A stretch of 51,804 nt of DNA from a virus (taxonomy: Duplodnaviria; Caudoviricetes): positions 1 to 51,804 of the IMG/VR virus record IMGVR_UViG_3300034110_000722; one strand, given 5' to 3'. Numbering within the stretch: the first letter of the stretch is position 1; each line of letters begins with the position of its first letter. The notes under the pieces were generated by a model. That model did not search any database, was not told the origin of the DNA, and was given only the letters and a program-made list of their open reading frames with translations. Position numbers and translations under genes: made by a program. Of this stretch, positions 17,737 through 27,393 are shown piece after piece.

Positions 17737-18087
17737 ATGAAAGAGCATAGTGAAATGGTGACGGCGCTGGTCAAGTCTGGCTCGCTGATCGTCCAGCAGA
17801 TGACACCTGAGAAAGCGGACGCATGGCACGCTGCCACAGGTGTCGCAGGTGAAGCGGGCGAATTGCTTGATGCGGTGAAGAAACACGCGATCTACAACAA
17901 GCCGCTCGACCGCGAAAACGTGATCGAAGAACTCGGTGATCTTGAGTTCTACATGGAGCAGTTGCGCCAGAATATCGGTGTGACCCGCGAAGAAACGCTG
18001 GTTCACAACATGGGCAAGCTGGCAGTCCGCTACAACGAGCTTCGTTACTCCGATCAGGCTGCACAGGCTCGCGCCGATAAGCAGTGA
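17737..18087 (+). CDS. mazG: MazG-like nucleotide pyrophosphohydrolase
   Basis: 'GVAGEAGELLDAVKK...IEELGDLEFY...N..KL..RY'. Confidence 0.85.
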   Translation: MKEHSEMVTALVKSGSLIVQQMTPEKADAWHAATGVAGEAGELLDAVKKHAIYNKPLDRENVIEELGDLEFYMEQLRQNIGVTREETLVHNMGKLAVRYNELRYSDQAAQARADKQ

Positions 18088-18217
18088 CCCACAAGACCCA
18101 ATGCCACAACCTAGCAGTGTGTCTCGACTGCGGCGCTCGATGCAATGCGACAAACGCCCGTCCGTGGGCGCATCATCACGCGCGGCATCACAGACACACT
18201 GTTGAACTGCAACTCGG

Positions 18218-18619
18218 ATGGGAGATACGACCGTGCAATCCCGCATAGACAGCTTCATGGAAGCGTTGGTGAATGTCGCCATCGGCTTCGGGATCAACTT
18301 CCTCGCCAACTGGCTCATACTGCCGTGGTATTTCGGGATTGAGCCTGATCTCGGCAGTTTCGCGCTGCTCGGTGTGATCTACACCTTCATCAGCATTGCG
18401 CGGTCTTATGTGATTCGCCGCGCTTTCAACGGACAGACGGTGTGGGAAGCGTTGAGCGGGCGGGTGCGCCCCAGACGGGATGCAGCACATGAAGCGGCGT
18501 ATCAGCGTGGCCTGCTGGACGGGCGAGAATATGTCGCACCTGAAGTCAGGGCACCATATGATCCGGTGTCGCAGAAAACCCTGTTTGAAGCGTGGATGGA
18601 CGGGGTGGACGACGCATGA
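18218..18619 (+). CDS. two-TM phage membrane protein
   Basis: 'QSRIDSFMEALVNVAIGF...SIARSYVIRRAFN'. Confidence 0.7.
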   Translation: MGDTTVQSRIDSFMEALVNVAIGFGINFLANWLILPWYFGIEPDLGSFALLGVIYTFISIARSYVIRRAFNGQTVWEALSGRVRPRRDAAHEAAYQRGLLDGREYVAPEVRAPYDPVSQKTLFEAWMDGVDDA

Positions 18620-18846
18620 CTGACGCACCCCCTCGCGCGCTGGACTGCGATGCCTATGTGCGGCTTGCTTGCCGTCCGATCATCGTCACGCTGAACGGTA
18701 TGCAGCAGCGATATGTTGCAGCCTATAACGTCGATGAAGGCTGGATCGAGCGTTACATCACGGACGAGCGCGGCAACCTGTCGATTTATGAAGACGAGTA
18801 TCGGAGTGAGATTGTTCGCGGTATTGTGATGGTGTTTTGGGGATGA
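18616..18846 (+). CDS. hypothetical protein
   Basis: ATGA overlaps on both sides. Confidence 0.55.
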   Translation: MTDAPPRALDCDAYVRLACRPIIVTLNGMQQRYVAAYNVDEGWIERYITDERGNLSIYEDEYRSEIVRGIVMVFWG

Positions 18847-19385
18847 GTGTTACCACCGATCATATACTGGATGACATGATGGGTTGCGCTCGATGTGATC
18901 GAATGCTTCCGTCCGCTTGGTTTCAGGCGCGCTCCGATACAGGTCGCAAGCGAACTGTTTGCCACGAGTGCCGAATAAATCAGATCAGTCAATGGCAGAC
19001 TGTAAACCGCGAACAAACACGAACGAATCAGCGTCGTTATAATCGCACGTTTCGCGGGCGAGCCATAATTCTCTTCAACGCCGCAAAAGCGAGAGCAAAA
19101 CAACGCAGTGAAGATTTCAGACTAGAATTACATCATGTGATTGAAATGCTTTCTGTCGGAGTATGTCAACGAACTGGTGTAGAGTTTGAATACGAAAACA
19201 CCGTAGGAGGCACGCAATCGCCTTACGCTCCGTCGCTTGATAGAATTGACAGAAACGGCATATATGAACCGGGTAACGTGCAGATAGTGTGCTTTTGGTA
19301 TAATGCTGCGAAACAACAGTGGCCTGAACACATCACCATTGAACTGTGCAAAAGCGTAGCGAGGAAACACAGTGATAGCGATTGA
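18843..19385 (+). CDS. free-standing HNH-like homing endonuclease 3
   Basis: 'CARC...CHEC', 'AKARAK', 'PSLDRIDRNGIYEPGNVQIVCFWYNAAK'; AT-rich. Confidence 0.8.
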   Translation: MSVTTDHILDDMMGCARCDRMLPSAWFQARSDTGRKRTVCHECRINQISQWQTVNREQTRTNQRRYNRTFRGRAIILFNAAKARAKQRSEDFRLELHHVIEMLSVGVCQRTGVEFEYENTVGGTQSPYAPSLDRIDRNGIYEPGNVQIVCFWYNAAKQQWPEHITIELCKSVARKHSDSD

Positions 19386-21399
19386 CAACGCTCAAGTTTG
19401 GGACTGCGAGTGTCTCCCTAACGTGTTTACGTTGTGCGCCACACCGTTGAACGGTGAGAGTTATAGTGTATGGGAGATCAGCGAGTTCCGCGACGATCGC
19501 GCTCAACTCATGCAATGGTTTAACTGGTTGAATCAAAATCAGATACCCATGATTGGATTTAATTCAATCAGCTATGATTATACACTAGCACACCTGCTGT
19601 TCACGCAGCCGAATGCGACATACCAGCAGTTGCACGCCAAGTCGCAGCAGATCATTCAGAATGGTTATGGCGACAACCGATGGGCACACATGATATGGGC
19701 TAGGGATCGTTTCGCTCCGCAAATTGATCTCATGTTGCTGCATCACTTCGATAACCGCGCCAAGACGACCAGCCTGAAGGCGTTGCAATTCGCCATGCGC
19801 TCGCAGTCCATCGTTGAGTCGGCCCTGCCGTTTGATCGGGCTGTCACCGCCGATGAGATTGAACAAGACCTGATCCCCTACAACAAGCATGACGTGCAGG
19901 AGACGAAGCAGTTCGCGCTGCACTCGCTTGACGCGATCCAGTTCCGCATCGGGCTGATCGACCAGTTCGGAATCGACTGCCTCTCGTGGAATGACACCAA
20001 GATTGGTGAAAAGATGCTGGAACAGCGTCTCGGTGACGATGTGTGCTACGACTGGTCGAGTGGCCGCAAGCAGCGCCGTCAGACCGTCCGCACGTCCGTC
20101 GCTCTGCGGGACATCATCTTCCCCTACGTCCGCTTCGAGCACCCTGAGTTTCAGCGGGTGCATCGCTTCATGCTTGACCAGGTGCTCACCCCTGACGAAC
20201 TGGACGGGCCTGAGAGCACGGCTATCCGCACCAAGGGTGTGTTCACCGACCTGAGCGCCGATGTGGGCGGGCTGACGTTCCACTTCGGCACGGGCGGCGT
20301 TCACGCCAGCGTTGAAGCACAGCGGTTCCATGCGACCGATGAATGGCTCATCAGGGACATCGACGTTGCGTCCTTGTATCCCTCGCTGGCGATCGTCAAC
20401 CGGCTCGCCCCGGCGCATCTCGGACAGGCGTTCGTTGCCGAGTATGCGAAGATCCCGGCAGAGCGCAAAGAGCACGCCAAGGGGACCTATATGAACGCGG
20501 CGCTGAAGCTGGCTGCGAATGGCGCATGGGGTAAGTCCAACAGCGCCTACAGCTGCTTCTATGACCCGGCCTACGCCATGACGATCCCGGTGAACGGACA
20601 GCTTCTGATCTGCATGTTGGTTGAGTGGCTATTGGCTGTGCCGACGCTTTCGCTCATCCAAGCGAACACGGACGGTGTGACGTATCGCATTCACCGCGAT
20701 CACTTGGAACAAGCGAAACAGATTGAGCAAGCATGGCAGGATTACACGTTGCTAGTGCTTGAAGATGCCGCATACTCAGATATGTGGATACGCGACGTGA
20801 ATAACTATGTCGCACGCGATACAGCGGGCAAACTGAAGCAGAAGGGAGCCTACTGGCACCCCGATCCGCTGGACTACGCAGGTAGCATCAGCACTGCATC
20901 ACCGCCCTCGTGGCACAAAGACCACAGCAATATCGTTAGCGTGCGAGCAGCAGTCCTAGCGATGGTGCATGGTGTCGATCCGGCAGACATTATCCGCGCT
21001 CATACCGATCCCTTCGATTTCATGCTCAGGTGTAAAGTGGGCCGCAGTGACCAGTTGATGCACGGTGATGCACAGGTGCAGCGGGTGTTTCGCTACTACG
21101 TCGCTCGCAACGGTGCGCCGCTCGTCAAGGTGTCGCCACCTGTATCGGGTGGTGTGGTCGGGCAATGGAAGCGGGCGAACGGTGTGACCAAAGCCGAGTA
21201 TGAGCGCGTGATGCGCGAGACTGGTGGCGAGTGGGACGGTCGGGTTTGCACGCAGAACCGGAGCAAATATGAGCAGCGCCGCACAACCGTCGAGAGTGGC
21301 TGGCTTGTCGCAGACTGCTGCGATGCTTCACAGTTCGATTGGAGCAACGTGAATTATGATTACTACATCGCTGAAGCTAGGAAGTTGGTGATACAGTAG
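19372..21399 (+). CDS. family B DNA polymerase with 3'-5' exonuclease
   Basis: 'WDCE', 'GFNSISYD', 'YNKHD'; 'DIDVASLYPS', 'KLAANGAWGK', 'NTDG'. Confidence 0.9.
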   Translation: MIAIDNAQVWDCECLPNVFTLCATPLNGESYSVWEISEFRDDRAQLMQWFNWLNQNQIPMIGFNSISYDYTLAHLLFTQPNATYQQLHAKSQQIIQNGYGDNRWAHMIWARDRFAPQIDLMLLHHFDNRAKTTSLKALQFAMRSQSIVESALPFDRAVTADEIEQDLIPYNKHDVQETKQFALHSLDAIQFRIGLIDQFGIDCLSWNDTKIGEKMLEQRLGDDVCYDWSSGRKQRRQTVRTSVALRDIIFPYVRFEHPEFQRVHRFMLDQVLTPDELDGPESTAIRTKGVFTDLSADVGGLTFHFGTGGVHASVEAQRFHATDEWLIRDIDVASLYPSLAIVNRLAPAHLGQAFVAEYAKIPAERKEHAKGTYMNAALKLAANGAWGKSNSAYSCFYDPAYAMTIPVNGQLLICMLVEWLLAVPTLSLIQANTDGVTYRIHRDHLEQAKQIEQAWQDYTLLVLEDAAYSDMWIRDVNNYVARDTAGKLKQKGAYWHPDPLDYAGSISTASPPSWHKDHSNIVSVRAAVLAMVHGVDPADIIRAHTDPFDFMLRCKVGRSDQLMHGDAQVQRVFRYYVARNGAPLVKVSPPVSGGVVGQWKRANGVTKAEYERVMRETGGEWDGRVCTQNRSKYEQRRTTVESGWLVADCCDASQFDWSNVNYDYYIAEARKLVIQ

Positions 21400-21898
21400 C
21401 GGCAGGCCGCGCCCAACTGAGCACGCGCATCCAGTCGTCCAACTGCTCATACGTCTCAGCGAGCGAACCGTTGTTGTCAATCAGGATCATGTCAGGCTCA
21501 AACCCGATCGTCAGGCTCGGATCGGGCGGTAGGCCGCGCGCTTCAGCATCGACCCACACGACCACATCGAACAGCCGCCGCGATGCGCGGTATTCTTCGA
21601 TCGAGCGCATCCCCACGTAGCAATCCGACACCCCCAAGACAGCCCGTGCGAGCCTGCTCAGGTCGTCAGCATTGTAGGACAGTATGATGTCGCGCCACAA
21701 GCAGCGGTGGTTCACCCGATCCTCGTAGCAAGCGTCCAGCGTGTCATAGACCAGCCCATGCTCAACCAGCGCCGGTCGCACCACTGTCTCAGCCAGAAAC
21801 AGGCTGCTCGACCTGAAGGACAGCCCGTGCCGCTCAGACAGATACTCCGCGACAGTATCCTTGCCGTGCCGCCCATGACCGAGAATGAGCAGCTTCAT
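21377..21898 (-). CDS. P-loop kinase (dNMP-kinase-like)
   Basis: 'LLILGHGRHGKDTVAE', 'IDNNGSL'. Confidence 0.75.
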   Translation of the reverse strand: MKLLILGHGRHGKDTVAEYLSERHGLSFRSSSLFLAETVVRPALVEHGLVYDTLDACYEDRVNHRCLWRDIILSYNADDLSRLARAVLGVSDCYVGMRSIEEYRASRRLFDVVVWVDAEARGLPPDPSLTIGFEPDMILIDNNGSLAETYEQLDDWMRVLSWARPAATVSPTS

Positions 21899-23184
21899 TC
21901 GCTGCTACCCCAAGCAGGCACCCTGATGCGGGGCTTGATCGGCTGAATCGGGTCTTCAAGTTGAATCGGCATCCGCTCGCGCAGACCCCATCGGCTGTGC
22001 AGCAGGAACAGGTTTTGCTGCGGTGGTTCAAGCACCACACGCAGATCATCCCCGTATTCGCTGTATCCTGGCACCGAACCATTGGACAGCACGTTGCCGG
22101 GGTTGCCGCTGGTGTGATAGTGGCCGTGCAGGATCAGATCCAGCTTCAGCCCCATGCTGGCATACTGTGCTTGGATTTTCTTGGTGCCGCGCACGATCGG
22201 CAGGAACGGGCCAGCAAACCCCTGACCACCACCCGTCCCCATCTTGTCACCGTGGGTGTTGAGGACGTTGCGACCGAAGATCGGTGTCACCTGATCCTTT
22301 GCCGCACTCATCTGGAACGTGACACGCGGATCATCTGCGAACTCGCGCTGCACCATCGCGCCGATCATCATGTCATAACTGAGACGGCTGTAGAGTTTGG
22401 CTGTGCTCTTGGGTGTGTTTCGACCGTGGTTCCCCGGCACACATGAGACATGGACGCGACCGAACGCTTCGAGCAGGTGCTTCACCCCTGCGGTCACTTC
22501 CTCGACCATCGCCTGCACCTGCTCGTGGGCTGTCAGGTCATTGGTGATGCGCAGTTCTTCATGGATGTCACCGCTGATGAGGTCGCCACCGAGCGCCAGA
22601 TAGGCACCTGTGCAGTCTGTATCGCTCGCCCAACGTGAGCCGATGTTGCAGGCGGCTGAGATGTAGCGGCGCATCCGCTGACGGCAGATTTCGCTGTTGA
22701 ACGCATTGATGCCGTGGATTTCGTCGGGTGCGATCACCTCACCCATGTGCACGTCCGAGAAGTGACAGCCGACGACCGATCGCGCCTTACCTACAGACGG
22801 CACAAGCGCATAGGACGGCACCTGATAAGGCACGTCCCGCACGCCTGACAACTGCTCGACAAGGTGCTCCATTTCACCGACCGCGCGCTCTGACGCAGCG
22901 GCTTTCTTGCGCCAGAATGCCGCATCGTGAACCTCACGAGCGGGCGGCGGGGGTGGCGGGGCTGGCTGAGGTGCAGCAGGTGTTGCATCCGGCACGTAGC
23001 CGCGAGCGGCAGCGCGCAGCTTGACCGCTTTGAGCGTCTTGGACGGCATGGACTTGTGGAAGCCCAACTGGCGGCAGACTTCAGCGCCGTTGCCTTGCGC
23101 CGCGATCACCGCTTCGAGCACTGCACGCTGTCGCGGCGTGCAGTAGTCCAGCAGCGCCGGATCAACCTTCAGAATACCACCCAT
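21895..23184 (-). CDS. calcineurin-like metallophosphoesterase with N-terminal HTH
   Basis: 'SDVH', 'GGD', 'GNHG', 'HGD', 'GHYH'. Confidence 0.8.
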   Translation of the reverse strand: MGGILKVDPALLDYCTPRQRAVLEAVIAAQGNGAEVCRQLGFHKSMPSKTLKAVKLRAAARGYVPDATPAAPQPAPPPPPPAREVHDAAFWRKKAAASERAVGEMEHLVEQLSGVRDVPYQVPSYALVPSVGKARSVVGCHFSDVHMGEVIAPDEIHGINAFNSEICRQRMRRYISAACNIGSRWASDTDCTGAYLALGGDLISGDIHEELRITNDLTAHEQVQAMVEEVTAGVKHLLEAFGRVHVSCVPGNHGRNTPKSTAKLYSRLSYDMMIGAMVQREFADDPRVTFQMSAAKDQVTPIFGRNVLNTHGDKMGTGGGQGFAGPFLPIVRGTKKIQAQYASMGLKLDLILHGHYHTSGNPGNVLSNGSVPGYSEYGDDLRVVLEPPQQNLFLLHSRWGLRERMPIQLEDPIQPIKPRIRVPAWGSSE

Positions 23185-23492
23185 CAGAAAACTCCGAGAA
23201 ACTTGCGACGACTCTTGCGGACTGCATCGCGGTCGCGTTGCTCACACCGCTCAACTATGCCGATTGCAGCACGTGTGCGCTCGTTGGCTTTGTCGAGTTG
23301 CCCGGTCTGAGCGTCTGCGAATACGATCCAGTCGCCAACGGTGGAACCTTGCGGCAAGTCCGCGCCCTGCACCCCCTCGCGCCATTCAATCGGCAGCAGG
23401 GTCGAGCAAGCAGTCGGCGTGCTCAAGATAGGCGGTGCGCTTACACAACCGCTCACGAGCGATACGGTCAAGGTCAGGATCGACAGGCGCAT
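23184..23492 (-). CDS. o-spanin-like lipoprotein
   Basis: Lipobox 'MRLSILTLTVSLVSGC'; overlaps the i-spanin 3' end. Confidence 0.7.
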   Translation of the reverse strand: MRLSILTLTVSLVSGCVSAPPILSTPTACSTLLPIEWREGVQGADLPQGSTVGDWIVFADAQTGQLDKANERTRAAIGIVERCEQRDRDAVRKSRRKFLGVF

Positions 23493-23769
23493 CAGCGCCT
23501 TGGGTGGAACGGATGACACGTTCTGTCTCCCTTGTGATGATGTCGGTGTGTCGCTCGTGCTCGATCGTGCGGCTGACGGTTTGGACTGCATCGGTGCCGC
23601 TGGCAAGGGCTGCTTCAGTCTGGTTCGTGCTGAGACGGGCTTGAGTCTTGGCGATCTGCCCGCTGGTGAGGCTGCTGACCAACCACCAGACGGCCAGGAT
23701 GCTCAGGGTGAGCGCGGCGGCAATCCAGATCCAGCGCGCCACACCGAGCAGGGGTTTCAGGTGCCACAT
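23386..23769 (-). CDS. i-spanin-like protein
   Basis: N-terminal TM followed by a helical region; lysis cassette position. Confidence 0.65.
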   Translation of the reverse strand: MWHLKPLLGVARWIWIAAALTLSILAVWWLVSSLTSGQIAKTQARLSTNQTEAALASGTDAVQTVSRTIEHERHTDIITRETERVIRSTQGADAPVDPDLDRIARERLCKRTAYLEHADCLLDPAAD

Positions 23770-23999
23770 TACTCGACTTCCTCTGGCACGCGCCACTTTG
23801 CACGAATTGCGTTGATGACACTGTTGATCTGCGAACCGATGAGCGCGACGATGACACCTAGCAACTCACCAGCACCATCAGGAACACCGCGCAGGACAAC
23901 AGCAATGAAACCGAAGCACAGCGTCAGCATCCCCAGCCCTGCAATCGTGAACATCCAGAACACGCTACCCTGCGAAAGCTTGGTAAGAAGATGCACCAT
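23769..23999 (-). CDS. two-TM holin-like protein
   Basis: Two hydrophobic segments and a charged tail, directly after the endolysin. Confidence 0.55.
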   Translation of the reverse strand: MVHLLTKLSQGSVFWMFTIAGLGMLTLCFGFIAVVLRGVPDGAGELLGVIVALIGSQINSVINAIRAKWRVPEEVE

Positions 24000-24688
24000 C
24001 AGGCCTCATTCGTGGAAACCACGCCCCCCGCCATTTGCGGCAAGCCCTGCGCCGGTCGCCCCTTCTGCGCGGGCCAACGGATCGCCACCTTGCGCGACTT
24101 GGCAATCGGCATGATGTTGACCGCGTTGGACTGGTTGCCGCCCAGCACGTAGTAATTGGCATGGCTTTCGCCGACGAGGAAGCCGACATGCCCGCCGCCC
24201 TGCCGTCCGAACACCACCACCGCGCCAACCGTGGGCGGGCATGGCACACCCCAATCCGCCCAGGCCTTCGCGCGCGGGAACAGCTTGGGGAACGGCAAGC
24301 CCGCCGCCTCGATGCAATGGGCTACAAACAGCCCGCACCAGGGCGTTTCATCATCGGTGAACCACCCCGCGCCAAGCCGCTTCCACCCGTCCGCGATCCA
24401 GCGATTGTGCTGCGGTCCGGGGATTTCGCGCTGCCCGATCAGCTCGCGCGCCTCGATCAGCCAGAGCGGTTCGCGGGCCGTGGGCGAAGGTGGCACAGCA
24501 GGCGATTTTGCTGGCCCTACCGCTGCGCTGCTTGAGGGCTTGGCCACCTGCCCCGCGCGCGGCACGCCGAACGCATCCAGCAAGCTATCCAGCGCCCCGA
24601 TACGCCGCGCGCCATCGGTCGGATCATTGAACACATCAGGCTTCACCTGCCGCACCGCCGCAAAGATCGGCGCTCTCGGATCAGTCAT
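23999..24688 (-). CDS. endolysin (TIGR02594/CHAP-like)
   Basis: 'GQREIPG..HN..I', 'DDETPWCGLFV', 'GGHVGF', 'LGGNQSNAV'. Confidence 0.85.
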   Translation of the reverse strand: MTDPRAPIFAAVRQVKPDVFNDPTDGARRIGALDSLLDAFGVPRAGQVAKPSSSAAVGPAKSPAVPPSPTAREPLWLIEARELIGQREIPGPQHNRWIADGWKRLGAGWFTDDETPWCGLFVAHCIEAAGLPFPKLFPRAKAWADWGVPCPPTVGAVVVFGRQGGGHVGFLVGESHANYYVLGGNQSNAVNIMPIAKSRKVAIRWPAQKGRPAQGLPQMAGGVVSTNEA

Positions 24689-25007
24689 CGTCCGTTTCCT
24701 TTTTCAGATCATCCAGCAGCTTGCGGGCGCGGCCCAGCACGGCATTTGGCGCACCGCGCGACCGGCGCTCGACCTCCTGCCAAAGCAGCTCAATCACGGT
24801 GAGGTGCTTCGCCGATGTTTCGCGAAGTTGCACGCGAAGGTCCGCCTCGCGCTTTGAGCTTTCGCTCTCGCGTTCCTGGCAGGCCCGCAGCTCGGCCTTG
24901 ACCTCGCCAAAGCCCTTCTCGACGCGCGCCCACAGCCATGCGATGCCTCCGCCCAGCAGGCCGATCGCGCCGGTCCCGGCGGTGATGATGGCAGCAAGCT
25001 CGCTCAT
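24681..25007 (-). CDS. single-TM coiled-coil protein (holin/antiholin candidate)
   Basis: N-terminal hydrophobic helix then a charged coiled coil; precedes the endolysin. Confidence 0.55.
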   Translation of the reverse strand: MSELAAIITAGTGAIGLLGGGIAWLWARVEKGFGEVKAELRACQERESESSKREADLRVQLRETSAKHLTVIELLWQEVERRSRGAPNAVLGRARKLLDDLKKETDDD

Positions 25008-25094
25008 GACGTCACCTCGCCAAACGTCTCACCCGCAGGCAAGGCGAATGCGCGATGGCGTCGGCCCATGAGCCGGGGGCGCTTCCGGTGTCGA

Positions 25095-25205
25095 TCACGC
25101 CAGCAATTCCGCAAGGCCAGGGTGTTCACCGCACAACGAAGGCACGTCCTCGGCAGGAACCTGACCAGACAAAATGCACGCGGCGAGAAGCTCAAGATTG
25201 CTCAT
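25095..25205 (-). CDS. small hypothetical protein (36 aa)
   Basis: Hand translation MSNLELLAACILSGQVPAEDVPSLCGEHPGLAELLA; GGAGG RBS. Confidence 0.5.
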   Translation of the reverse strand: MSNLELLAACILSGQVPAEDVPSLCGEHPGLAELLA

Positions 25206-25320
25206 TTTTTTCCTCCAATTCGGCAATACGCTTTGCCGCCATTTCGAGTTGTTCGGCTTTAACTTCCTGCTCGATCACAAGCCGACCAAGAACGAGCGCA
25301 ATTCTGTCTTGAGTGTTCAT
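25192..25320 (-). CDS. small coiled-coil protein (42 aa), possible fibre chaperone
   Basis: MNTQDRIALVLGRLVIEQEVKAEQLEMAAKRIAELEEKNEQS; ATGA overlap with the fibre gene. Confidence 0.5.
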   Translation of the reverse strand: MNTQDRIALVLGRLVIEQEVKAEQLEMAAKRIAELEEKNEQS

Positions 25321-26864
25321 ATCGTCTTCACCAGTGTGTTATCTACGTAAATCTCAACATTAGTTCCCGTCCAGCGGAACGAGAAAGCATTAGCCCCGCC
25401 CGAGCCGCGCCCTTGGATCATCGCGCCCGTGGTTCCATCAGCAGAGCCCGCCCAAATACCGTTCGTGTAAACGGAGTAGGGTCTGAAGATGAGCTGAGTT
25501 GCGGGCGTTCCATCAGGCATTTCGTCTGCAAAAATAACTGCGGCTTCTTCAATCGCGCCGCCTGCGGTCTTGCGCTGCCAGTTGATTACATGGCGTTCCG
25601 GCATTTCGATTGCGGAAAAGATGTTGGCACCGGGGTTTCGCTCGGCCAATGCCCCCACGCCGAACACAATGCCCGACAGCGCGCCGGGGTTTTGTTTCCA
25701 GCGGTTCGGGTTGGCTGTCCGATCAGCGGCAAAAGTGCCTGACGCGGGTGATGTATGCGCGACCAAGCAGCGGAAGATGGTGTTGGACGCGGTATCCTCA
25801 CGAATGTCGCCAACAGCATAAGCCGTGCTGTTCGCCCAATTCGGATAGTCAAGTTGAAGCTGTTGAAGGCCTGTAAATCCGGCGATAGCACTGAGGTGGT
25901 TTACGTCAGAAACCTCAAAACCCTCCTGCGCAATGTCAGACGGAATAAGGCTCATTCCAGCGCCGCTTTGTACCCACAGACCAACCCCACCCTTGACACT
26001 CCCGTTAGTCAGGGTGTACGGGGTGGTGGTGCTGTTGTCCCCGAAGTTTGCAACAGCAAGTTCGAGACCTGCGGTGAAGCCGTCGCAGTTGGGCATTCGA
26101 GCGGCGTCCCCGTAGAGACCCCACGCTTGTCCCACCGGCATGTCATTAATCGCAAAGCCCGAAACGCCAATCGTGGCGGGCTGAAACGAGGTAGCAGCGG
26201 CAGGCCAGTTGGCGCGCTTAGATGCCAGAGAGTGTCCGACAATAGCCATACTCCCCCAATGACTATCGACACCAAGGGTCGCTTCGCGCGGTGCCCAATT
26301 GTGCAGAGCGCGAGTGAGAGGGGACAGGCCGGTGTAATCGAAATACCCACCGAACGCGCCGTTGAATACCGACCAATCTCCTAGGTAGGTGCGCCCACCA
26401 TTGCGGAAAAACTCGCCGGAATACCCGACAGTCGGCGCAGCGGACGCGAAGAAGTTCGCAATGCGGGTCGCATCCGCGCCAGAGCCGTCATAGGTTACAC
26501 TGTGATCTGACGGGGTGCGAAGTTCATCCAGCTTCGCCTGCACCGTGCGCGAGGATGCACCCGTGCCGGATTGAATGAAGCCGATCTTGTCCGCATCAAT
26601 CCACGGTCCCGGATATTCGAGGTCTATGCCCTCATTGGCGATTGCAGCGGCAGCTACGGCAATGTCGCGGGCGGCTTCCGCATCATCCGCAAAGCCCTCG
26701 GCATCCTGCGCATGTTCCTTCGCGCTCTTGGTGCCAGCCCCGCCCGGTAGCGTGCCCTCAGCCCATGCTTGGGCGAGCGTGGCGGATGCGGCGGCGGCAG
26801 TGGTGTTCTCGCCCACCTGCACCGCGAAGGTCGTATCAACGGGGGTAACAGCAAAATTCGCCAT
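25317..26864 (-). CDS. tail fibre / receptor-binding protein with CBM5/12-like module
   Basis: 'IGFIQSGTGASSRTVQAKL'; 'WANSTAYAVGD...FRCLVAHTS...W'; position after the tail tip. Confidence 0.75.
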   Translation of the reverse strand: MANFAVTPVDTTFAVQVGENTTAAAASATLAQAWAEGTLPGGAGTKSAKEHAQDAEGFADDAEAARDIAVAAAAIANEGIDLEYPGPWIDADKIGFIQSGTGASSRTVQAKLDELRTPSDHSVTYDGSGADATRIANFFASAAPTVGYSGEFFRNGGRTYLGDWSVFNGAFGGYFDYTGLSPLTRALHNWAPREATLGVDSHWGSMAIVGHSLASKRANWPAAATSFQPATIGVSGFAINDMPVGQAWGLYGDAARMPNCDGFTAGLELAVANFGDNSTTTPYTLTNGSVKGGVGLWVQSGAGMSLIPSDIAQEGFEVSDVNHLSAIAGFTGLQQLQLDYPNWANSTAYAVGDIREDTASNTIFRCLVAHTSPASGTFAADRTANPNRWKQNPGALSGIVFGVGALAERNPGANIFSAIEMPERHVINWQRKTAGGAIEEAAVIFADEMPDGTPATQLIFRPYSVYTNGIWAGSADGTTGAMIQGRGSGGANAFSFRWTGTNVEIYVDNTLVKTI

Positions 26865-27253
26865 TATGCAGGCTCCGTCACAAAACCAGAGACAGGGAAA
26901 AGCCCGCCGAAAATGCGTTCGGGCGCGCCGCCGCTAAGGGTCAGCAGGAAGTCGAAAATCAGATCGGTGCGCCCGTCACCGTCACTGTCAGCAGGCAGTG
27001 CGCCGGTCTGCGTCCCTGTCAGGCTGATCGGCCAAGACGTCACGCCGTCCGCAAACACGGCGGTTCCGACCGTGAACGTAGCAAGCTCAGATGTCGCATC
27101 AGGTGAGGCTTTAACCGAACCTGCAAGCGTGGCACCGGTCACGTTGCCGGGATAGGTCACGGTATGGCTGACCGGCAGGCCGCGAACCGTCATCGGCATG
27201 TCTGCCCTCAGACCGCCTAGTGTCGCCAGCCAAGTATCGTATTGTGTAGCCAT
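26864..27253 (-). CDS. virion tail accessory protein
   Basis: Beta-rich ~130 aa; TAATG coupling to the fibre gene. Confidence 0.6.
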   Translation of the reverse strand: MATQYDTWLATLGGLRADMPMTVRGLPVSHTVTYPGNVTGATLAGSVKASPDATSELATFTVGTAVFADGVTSWPISLTGTQTGALPADSDGDGRTDLIFDFLLTLSGGAPERIFGGLFPVSGFVTEPA

Positions 27254-27326
27254 GCCTGTTTCCTTAACCTGAAAATAGCCGACCCGCAATAAAATTAGGG
27301 GCTGGGTGGGGTGTCAGTGAACGGGT

Positions 27327-27393
27327 TGATCTCACGGCTTTCAAACAAACGATAAGCCGCAAGTTGAGCGGCCTGCCGCGCGTTCTTCACGAA
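27327..27393. repeat. dispersed 67-bp copy of tail-tip gene segment 28171-28237
   Basis: 63/67 identical by hand alignment, same orientation. Confidence 0.9.

Noticed and set aside
17737-21399. Modified-base (2-aminoadenine or 7-deazaguanine) pathway
   Set aside because: MazG is present, but I recognise no PurZ, DatZ, Que or DpdA genes.
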